From an uncultured Nitrososphaerota archaeon (lineage in GTDB: Archaea > Asgardarchaeota > Njordarchaeia > Njordarchaeales > Njordarchaeaceae): a stretch of DNA of 29,739 nt. Both the position numbers and the translations under genes were made by a program. Below, in pieces: positions 1 to 6,456 of the stretch. The notes beneath the pieces were generated by a model. That model did not search any database and was not told the origin of the DNA. It saw nothing but the letters and a program-made list of their open reading frames with translations. The stretch covers positions 1-29,739 of the forward strand of contig CAZFGR010000020.1 in the NCBI GenBank assembly GCA_964518475.1, in the 5' to 3' direction. Numbering within the stretch: position 1 is the first letter of the stretch; every line of letters begins with the position of its first letter.

Positions 1-69
1 ATAATACCTATAAAGGCGCCCCCGCCACAAAGTCACGAGAAAGGCGTTAACTGGCGAGAACTAGGCTGA
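1..69 (+). CDS. possible 3' end of a gene entering from outside the window (…IIPIKAPPPQSHEKGVNWRELG*)
   Basis: Frame 1 is open from base 1 to TGA at 67-69 and is followed by AT-rich intergenic sequence; too short to verify. Confidence 0.3.
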   Translation: MIPIKAPPPQSHEKGVNWRELG

Positions 70-175
70 GAGAAGAGATAAATTTGAAACAAAGCCAAAA
101 ACTACAGTCTCTATTATATTGGTTAATTATTTGAAATAAATCTCCCTTAGTCCTAATCTTTTTATAGGTTTTCTC

Positions 176-189
176 TTATATATTATATA
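176..189 (+). promoter_or_regulatory. TATA-box-like element upstream of the K-turn hairpin
   Basis: TTATATATTATATA begins about 25 nt before the GC-rich hairpin at 201-204, which is archaeal TATA-to-start spacing. Confidence 0.35.
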
Positions 190-200
190 TTTTGGTTATT

Positions 201-270
201 GGGTCTGACCCCACGGCTAGAGGGGCTTAACGGAGGTGAGCCCCTATGAGAGTCGTGTGGGTCAGAGACT
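201..270 (+). ncRNA. candidate small structured RNA: long hairpin with a canonical kink-turn (possible L7Ae-binding or H/ACA-like sRNA)
   Basis: Pairing 204-211/259-266 and 212-218/251-257; G.A pairs A219.G250, G220.A249, A221.G248; 3-nt bulge UAU (245-247); C-stem 222-229/237-244; GC-rich island in AT-rich intergenic DNA. Confidence 0.6.
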
Positions 271-304
271 GGAGAATCAAAGATAGACCACCCCCATAAA
301 AACA

Positions 305-1810
305 TCACAATTTTTTAATGATACTCATAGCTTTGTGCCATTTAGATAACTGTTTCTCTTTCTTTGGTTCGAAAATTTTCTCGATTTCTGGCTTTTTATG
401 TATATTCTTTATTTCTCTTTTTTCTAGTCCTCCTTTCGTCAGAAGAAAGACTCCTCTTGATGTTCCTTCCAGGTTTTTTACTCGTATTATTCTCTTGCCC
501 GAGAAGTCAGCGATTGCTTGTAACATATAATCGTTTCTTGAAGCATTACCGTCAGCAATTATTTCCTTTATTTCTATCTTAGTAATTTCTTCAAGGATTT
601 TAATAACTTCGCTACATCTGAAGGCTATACCCTCAAGTAGCGCTTTAATTACATCTTCTTTTTTAGTTGCTCTTGTTATGCCGTATATTAATCCCTTAGC
701 ATTAGGGTTCCAGTAGGGTGTGCCTAGACCTGCTAAGGCTGGGATAAAAATAGTGTCTTCAGAAACTGATTTTTCTGCTTTGATCGAGGCTTCTTCAGGG
801 GACTTAATCAAGCCTATACTCACTAGCCAGTCTATTGCTGATCCGGTGCTTTGAATTATTCCTTCCAAGAGGTAGCGTACTGTTTTTCCGACCTTTAACG
901 CAACTAGGGGATAAGTACCGAGCCTAGCTGGTTGAGGAGTTTCCCCTACGTTAATATCTATAAATGTTCCCGTACCATTCGTCATCTTTACAGTGCCTTT
1001 TCTTAATCCACCAGCAGAGAACAGGGATGCTTGCTGATCCGCTATTACTGCTGTTAGAGGAGCACCGTCTAGAATTGTTATTTCCCCGAAATACCCCATA
1101 TTATCGATGAGTTTTGGCAGGATACTCTTCGGTATACCTAGCATTTTTGTTAGTCTATCGCTCCATTTCATGAAGAATGGGTCGAATAACCCAGTAGCAC
1201 TAGCGTTTGTATAATCAGTTGCGTGAATTCCAATCATTTTCCATATTATCCAAGAATCTATCGTACCGAATGCTAACTCTCCATTCTTTGCACGCTTATA
1301 AATATCCTCTATATTCTCGAAGAGCCACTTTAAGTGAATTATGGGTTGATTAGGACCGAGTTTGAAGTTAGCTAGAGTTAGGAGGTAAAGGATTCTTTTA
1401 TTTCGAGAATGTTTTACTACTAGAGAAATCGTTTTACCAAGTGTTCTAGCGAATTTTAGCAATAATTGTTTATTGTATTTCTCTGCTATATCTATTGCTC
1501 TCGTATCCTGCCATGTGATCATATTGTAAAGAGGCTCTCCCGTTGATCTATCCCACACTATAGTGGAGGCTCTCTGGTTAGCCAGCCCAACAGCTAGTGG
1601 TTTACCGAATTCGTTATAGATCTCCATAATCACATCTCTAACCATTTCCCATAATTTCTCAGGATCTTGCTCCACCCAACCAGGTGATGGGAATCTAACT
1701 GGTGCACTTTTCTCAACTTTCTTAAGAATCTCTTCGTTAGGAGAATACGCGAAAGCCTTAACGGTTGTTGTGCCGACGTCCAATACGAGATAATACGTCA
1801 TTTTATACAT
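305..1810 (-). CDS. glpK: FGGY-family glycerol kinase-like protein (GK5-like subfamily)
   Basis: LDVGTT, PGWVEQDP, NQRASTIVWD, WQDTR, FGTIDSW, TDYTNASATG, DQQASL, GTGTF and LEGIAF motifs; basic/hydrophobic insert after WQDTR and ADQQ/GTGTFxDIN/YPL signatures recall GK5. Alternative start ATG at 1801. Confidence 0.88.
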   Translation of the reverse strand: MYKMTYYLVLDVGTTTVKAFAYSPNEEILKKVEKSAPVRFPSPGWVEQDPEKLWEMVRDVIMEIYNEFGKPLAVGLANQRASTIVWDRSTGEPLYNMITWQDTRAIDIAEKYNKQLLLKFARTLGKTISLVVKHSRNKRILYLLTLANFKLGPNQPIIHLKWLFENIEDIYKRAKNGELAFGTIDSWIIWKMIGIHATDYTNASATGLFDPFFMKWSDRLTKMLGIPKSILPKLIDNMGYFGEITILDGAPLTAVIADQQASLFSAGGLRKGTVKMTNGTGTFIDINVGETPQPARLGTYPLVALKVGKTVRYLLEGIIQSTGSAIDWLVSIGLIKSPEEASIKAEKSVSEDTIFIPALAGLGTPYWNPNAKGLIYGITRATKKEDVIKALLEGIAFRCSEVIKILEEITKIEIKEIIADGNASRNDYMLQAIADFSGKRIIRVKNLEGTSRGVFLLTKGGLEKREIKNIHKKPEIEKIFEPKKEKQLSKWHKAMSIIKKL

Positions 1811-1814
1811 CCCT

Positions 1815-2960
1815 CTACTTAATTATTTCTGTCAGAAACTCTACAATATCATAAGCTTTTCCACCAACTAGTTCTAGGCCCTTCTTTGCGGAGGGAGATG
1901 CCGTTACTATGATGTCTGACTCTTCTAGTAATTCAGTAAGTCTTTCTCTGTTAATGTTCTCCAGAAGCGCTGGATCAATCCAGTAAAGAGGATTGAGAAT
2001 ACCAGCGTAGAATGTGTTTTCTCCATGCCTCATAGGTAATTTTAGTTCTAGCCCTGGGATTTTTGAAAGAATTTTAACAAGAATATCCTCTTTCTTAAGC
2101 CCTATGGCGAGTTTAGGAGGTTCATGGATAGTTACTGTTTCATGTTTTTCGGAGAAGTTTACTACGTTTAGTCTTTCTTCTAATATTTCTGTGATGTGTT
2201 TTACTGGTGGCTTTACATTCACTTTAAATCGTGGATAAATCACTCTGTAGGTATAGACACATTCGGGACATAGGGAAACGATAGCTTTCGGCTTATAACT
2301 ATTTATTATCTGGGAGTTCTCAATAGCTATTTTAGTGAATGTTTTATCATCACCAATTTCATAAAGCAAATAGCCACAGCACATTTCCTCAGGAATTACG
2401 AAGGGTTTGAAGCCAAGACGCTCTAAAAGATTTACTGCTTTATTAATTAATTCTGGATAAAAACTCCTTGTTATACAGTCCTGTAGAAGTAATACCTCAC
2501 CGCCCTGGGGGTATTGGTTAAATTTCTTTTCGATTTTCCCAAATGGATTTCTATTATCTACTATTTTATTATATAATGTCTTGATTTGCTCTGGAACATT
2601 CCCACTTTCCAAAGCTCTGTTTCTTAATCCCCTAGTAAGCTCTGAGACTCTAAAATTAAAGAAACAATGAACGTAGCAACCGTCACATGATAGACAATAG
2701 TACAGAGGTTCAATATTCTCAGGCAATAAGTCTAGATGGTTTCTGCTTAGTAGATAACCGATGCGAGATTTCCCGCTTGGCGAAGTAGTCTCTCTGCCAT
2801 CTACGATAGCTACTGGACATGCGTATCGGCACATATTTGGACATAAGGCGCATTTTACAATATCTGGAACCTTTGATTTTTCGAAAAGAATCTTTCTGAG
2901 CGCACTTAGTTTTGTTCTAAAGGAGCTTCCTTTGATAGCTTCGAGTATCCAGCTACCCAT
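1815..2960 (-). CDS. Fe-S oxidoreductase (GlpC/GlcF/HdrD-like; two 4Fe-4S motifs plus CCG domains)
   Basis: CALCPNMCRYACP and CLSCDGCYVHC ferredoxin-type motifs; first CCG domain QDC…CCG…LCPEC; second CCG domain lacks Cys (HEPP…YAG…ASPSA). Confidence 0.88.
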   Translation of the reverse strand: MGSWILEAIKGSSFRTKLSALRKILFEKSKVPDIVKCALCPNMCRYACPVAIVDGRETTSPSGKSRIGYLLSRNHLDLLPENIEPLYYCLSCDGCYVHCFFNFRVSELTRGLRNRALESGNVPEQIKTLYNKIVDNRNPFGKIEKKFNQYPQGGEVLLLQDCITRSFYPELINKAVNLLERLGFKPFVIPEEMCCGYLLYEIGDDKTFTKIAIENSQIINSYKPKAIVSLCPECVYTYRVIYPRFKVNVKPPVKHITEILEERLNVVNFSEKHETVTIHEPPKLAIGLKKEDILVKILSKIPGLELKLPMRHGENTFYAGILNPLYWIDPALLENINRERLTELLEESDIIVTASPSAKKGLELVGGKAYDIVEFLTEIIK

Positions 2961-2962
2961 AT

Positions 2963-4396
2963 TTATACCCCCATATTACCCCTATTTAATATCGCCTTAT
3001 TATCAATTGCTCGCTTTATCTTCTTCAAAATATTCATAGCGGTGTCACCTAGATATTCTTTAATCCATTTAGCTCGCATTCTACCAATACCATGATGATG
3101 ACTAATTGCTCCTCCATGCTTTAGAGTCGCCTCCATGGCCGCCTTCCACACTTTTTCGTAATACTCTGTTGGAGAACTCCCCTTAGGAGGTAGTCCACCA
3201 AAGATGAAGTAGAAGCATACTCCTTGAGAATAGAAGTGCGATGCGTGGGCGTAAGCTATTAGTGTTCCTTCAACACCTCTTATAGCGTTTATCACGTCAT
3301 TATAAAGAGCAACAGCTTTTGACCAGGGAATAGCTACTTCAATCGTATCGATTACTATTCCCAATGGAGCGTATTCTGGTAACTCACGTACATCAAATCT
3401 CTTATCTAACCAGTACTTAACTGGTTCCTCTCCCATAGGTTCGGCATTGCTAAACTCTTCCTCAACTATCTGCTTCTCCGCTTCCACTAATTTTTCATCG
3501 CCTTCAAGTATTATTATTGTCCCGATTTTCCCTTTGGCTTTCTTCTTCATATGGAACCATTTCAGTGTTTCTACTTTGTCATATATTCTAATAACGGCAG
3601 GTCTTGCGCCTCTCCAGAGAATATTTCTAACCGAGTTCAATGCATCTTCAAGTGTTTCGCTAGCAAATGAAATAAAGATTCTCTTTCTAGGATATGGGTG
3701 AATCTTCAAGTACGCTTTCGTTACTATCCCAAATAACCCTTCCGCCTCTATGAATAATTTCTTAAGATCAGGGCCAATAGCTGCTCTTGGGTCAGGTCTC
3801 AATAGGAGGACTTCTCCAGTAGGAAGAACTGCTTCAAGACCTAGTAGCATGTCTTCAATACCCCCATATTTGGTGGAGAATTGGCCAATTGCTTTAGTGC
3901 TTATCCATCCACCGACCGTGGATGCGTATAAGGACTGGGGAAAATGCCCTAGCGTATATCCTTCCTTGTTAAGATATGTTTCGAGAATCATACCGTTGAT
4001 TCCGGCGCCTACTTCAACGTAGAGATCTTCTTTGAAAATTTTTATGTGTCTTAACCTCTTGGTATCGATTACTATTCCTCCATATTCAGGTACCGCTCCA
4101 CCCAAGACCCCTGTGCCGCCTCCGTATGGATATATGGGTATATTGTTTTCATACGCATATTTAACGACTTTAACAACATCCTCCGTGGATTCAGGAAAAA
4201 CAACAATATCAGGAAGAGCTGGCAAACGTCCCTCGAGAAACCATAATAGAGAGATAGGCCAATAATCGTGACTATAGGATACTAGATCAACAAATTTCTT
4301 AGATACTTTTCTTGGACTTAAAATGGTTACGAGATCCTTATAGATCTTATCGATATTTCTCGTCTCTTTCTGAGAAAACACTTCTTTAACCAGCAA
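2963..4396 (-). CDS. FAD-binding oxidoreductase, alkyldihydroxyacetonephosphate synthase-like (VAO/PCMH fold)
   Basis: PDIVVFPESTEDV, PYGGGTGVLGG, GHFPQSLYASTVGGWIST, GQFSTKYGGIED, AHASHFY and C-terminal SHHHGIG (HHH as in AGPS, not the GEHG of GlcD/D-LDH); TTG start with GAGGTGA RBS. Confidence 0.85.
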   Translation of the reverse strand: MLVKEVFSQKETRNIDKIYKDLVTILSPRKVSKKFVDLVSYSHDYWPISLLWFLEGRLPALPDIVVFPESTEDVVKVVKYAYENNIPIYPYGGGTGVLGGAVPEYGGIVIDTKRLRHIKIFKEDLYVEVGAGINGMILETYLNKEGYTLGHFPQSLYASTVGGWISTKAIGQFSTKYGGIEDMLLGLEAVLPTGEVLLLRPDPRAAIGPDLKKLFIEAEGLFGIVTKAYLKIHPYPRKRIFISFASETLEDALNSVRNILWRGARPAVIRIYDKVETLKWFHMKKKAKGKIGTIIILEGDEKLVEAEKQIVEEEFSNAEPMGEEPVKYWLDKRFDVRELPEYAPLGIVIDTIEVAIPWSKAVALYNDVINAIRGVEGTLIAYAHASHFYSQGVCFYFIFGGLPPKGSSPTEYYEKVWKAAMEATLKHGGAISHHHGIGRMRAKWIKEYLGDTAMNILKKIKRAIDNKAILNRGNMGV

Positions 4397-4740
4397 TATT
4401 CACCTCAGAGAAATTTATTTTTCTTATATTACAGTTTATGCTCCTAACTAGCTACTTTGCTTGTATTATCAAAAATTTTTCTAAATGCATGCTCTAAAAA
4501 AGATTCACATGAGCATACAGAGGAGGGCTCTATCACCATATCAACGCTAGATTAGTTTAAGGAACTAGTTATGAGATATGATCTAGATTTCAACGCTAGG
4601 TATATGATAGAGCTCATAAAAGAAAAATAATCAATACAGAGCTTATCCATGATGAAGAAACTTAAGAAATTGCTACACAAATGCCACTAAGGTGAGGCTG
4701 CGATCTCGTTATCCGTATTGATAAGAAGTGAATAGAGGAT

Positions 4741-5175
4741 CTATTCCTTGCTCATTTCCTTCTGGATCTCCGGTGGAATCGGATTCTCTATTATTAATCC
4801 GTATTTTGGTGCTTTCTTTATTATGTCCTTATCATTTGTAACAATTACCGGGATCTTTTTCTCCAAAGCTGTCGCTATCAGAAAGCCATCCCCCAACGGA
4901 ATGTTCTCCACCATAGCTATATCTAGGCCTCTTAGAGAGACTTGAGTGATTTTTAGATGCGTCACAACTAACTTGAGTTTTTTCAATAGATCTTTCCTTG
5001 GCTGAACCTTGTAGTACCAGTAAAGAACATTATATGTTTCTAGTATCGTGATGGGTGTTACATAAACTTCTATTACGCCTCTAATAGCTTTCTCAACTAT
5101 TTGCCATGCGTAAGGGTGGGCGATGTGGTCATCATAAAGAGCATAAGATAGCATATCCGCATCTATTATTCTCAT
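4741..5175 (-). CDS. vapC: PIN-domain ribonuclease, VapC-type toxin
   Basis: Acidic PIN residues IIDAD…ILETY…LGDGFLIATA…IVTND; 144 aa; directly downstream of an AbrB-type gene. Confidence 0.85.
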   Translation of the reverse strand: MRIIDADMLSYALYDDHIAHPYAWQIVEKAIRGVIEVYVTPITILETYNVLYWYYKVQPRKDLLKKLKLVVTHLKITQVSLRGLDIAMVENIPLGDGFLIATALEKKIPVIVTNDKDIIKKAPKYGLIIENPIPPEIQKEMSKE

Positions 5176-5178
5176 CCA

Positions 5179-5430
5179 TTAACCCCAGTACATGTGTTTG
5201 CCTTCTTCGGCATTTGCTTTAATTTTTTTCTTATCCCCGCGAAGTTTGATACTCTTTATCTTGTTAATGATTTCCTCCGCATCCTCTGCTTTCCTTACTA
5301 TTAGCTCTCCCTCCGGAGTCATCTCAATAACCACATTCGTCCCTGGAGGAAAGACCTCTCTGAAGACCCTTGGAATTAATACTCTACCCTTTCTATCTAT
5401 TTTTGAAAATCCCACACCCAAATCCCACAC
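5179..5430 (-). CDS. vapB: AbrB/MazE/SpoVT-family antitoxin (VapB-type)
   Basis: SKIDRKGRVLIPRVFR…PGTNVVIEMTPEGELIVRK swapped-hairpin signature; 3 nt from the PIN gene; true start may be TTG 5421 or GTG 5415. Confidence 0.85.
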   Translation of the reverse strand: MWDLGVGFSKIDRKGRVLIPRVFREVFPPGTNVVIEMTPEGELIVRKAEDAEEIINKIKSIKLRGDKKKIKANAEEGKHMYWG

Positions 5431-5432
5431 CC
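5407..5432. repeat. perfect 13-bp tandem duplication (AAATCCCACACCC x2) spanning the antitoxin start region
   Basis: 5407-5419 is identical to 5420-5432. Confidence 0.8.
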
Positions 5433-5521
5433 CCTACTATTAGGAATATTAGATAGAAAAAGAGTATAAATAGGTTCCGCAAAAGTGTCTTATTAGTAGG
5501 AATATAGTGTTCTAACTTGCC

Positions 5522-6451
5522 TTATTTAATTACTGGAATACTCTTGAGGATATCGTTTATTGATTCTTTTCTTTCAGCGGCCAATCCAGCTACGAACAAA
5601 TCTTTGATCGTTGTCTCCAAGTTCTCACCTTTTATCGGTTCTAATTTGCTGAAATCAATACCAGCTCCAACTTTCTTAATCAGAATTAGGTCTGGTAGGA
5701 AACCCTTGCTGATAATAAGTGTATCGCAAGAAATCTCTTCGATATCGTTGCTATCGTTCTTCATTACCTCTATTCTTTCTAATCTTTTTACTCCATGCAG
5801 TCGTATAACTTGTGCGTAATCTATGATTTCTATATCTTCCCGCTCAATAAATTCCTTGGTATCCTTTCTAATATCTCTATGCTTCTTGTCAGTTACTAGA
5901 TACTTTATATTCGAGCCTAACCCTTTTAAGCGTGTAACAACTTCTTTTACGAGTTCATTGTCTCCGTAGATTACTACATCACGACCAATTCTCTTGTTAA
6001 ATAAATCTACTAGTTTAATAGCTAATAGGGCTGTGAATACTCCTGCTGGCCTACTCCCAACTATCCTGAGATCGTATTGATTTATCTCTTTTCCACCAGT
6101 TGCCAGAACCACCTTTTCAGCATTAACTAAGGTAACTCCTTTGTTGGGATTAACACATATTACCTTAAAACCTTCCTGAAGATCGATCACTGTAGTCTCT
6201 TTCCAGATTTCAACCTCCGCACTTTGCAATTCATTATTTAGATTCATTAGAAGTTCTTGCGGGGCGATCTCTTCTCCAGTGTCTGGATAAGTAATGTTAA
6301 CGTGTCTCAGGTGTCTAAGTATTCCACCTATGGAGGGTTCACGCTCTATTATTAATACATTATCGAATCCATACTCACTAGCTTTTATTCCGAGATAACT
6401 CCCGGCCAATCCAGCACCTACAATGATAAGTTCTTTAGTAATCTCTTCCAT
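5522..6451 (-). CDS. FAD-dependent pyridine nucleotide-disulfide oxidoreductase-like protein, partner subunit of the GlpA-like dehydrogenase
   Basis: IVGAGLAG FAD motif, VVLATGG, GSRPAGVFTA, CDTLIIS, ETTIKDLFVAG; ATG at 6451 follows an AGGTGA RBS overlapping the upstream stop (ORF track starts at GTG 6460). Confidence 0.82.
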   Translation of the reverse strand: MEEITKELIIVGAGLAGSYLGIKASEYGFDNVLIIEREPSIGGILRHLRHVNITYPDTGEEIAPQELLMNLNNELQSAEVEIWKETTVIDLQEGFKVICVNPNKGVTLVNAEKVVLATGGKEINQYDLRIVGSRPAGVFTALLAIKLVDLFNKRIGRDVVIYGDNELVKEVVTRLKGLGSNIKYLVTDKKHRDIRKDTKEFIEREDIEIIDYAQVIRLHGVKRLERIEVMKNDSNDIEEISCDTLIISKGFLPDLILIKKVGAGIDFSKLEPIKGENLETTIKDLFVAGLAAERKESINDILKSIPVIK

Positions 6452-6456
6452 AAAAC

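Noticed and set aside
15-58. GC-rich mini-hairpins (GGCG-CCCC-CGCC)
   Set aside because: Only 4-5 bp stems, and explained by the probable coding frame ending at 69
201-270. Hairpin read as a SECIS element or as a tRNA/CRISPR repeat
   Set aside because: AUGA lies on the 3' arm, the reverse of eukaryote-type SECIS order; no in-frame TGA selenoprotein candidate is evident; no cloverleaf; only one copy in the window
2963-4396. Annotation as glycolate oxidase GlcD or D-lactate dehydrogenase
   Set aside because: It has SHHHG and GHFPQS rather than the GEHG and HAGDGNxH motifs of GlcD/D-LDH
4649-4700. ATGATGA as a box C of a C/D guide RNA
   Set aside because: No CTGA box D at a suitable distance
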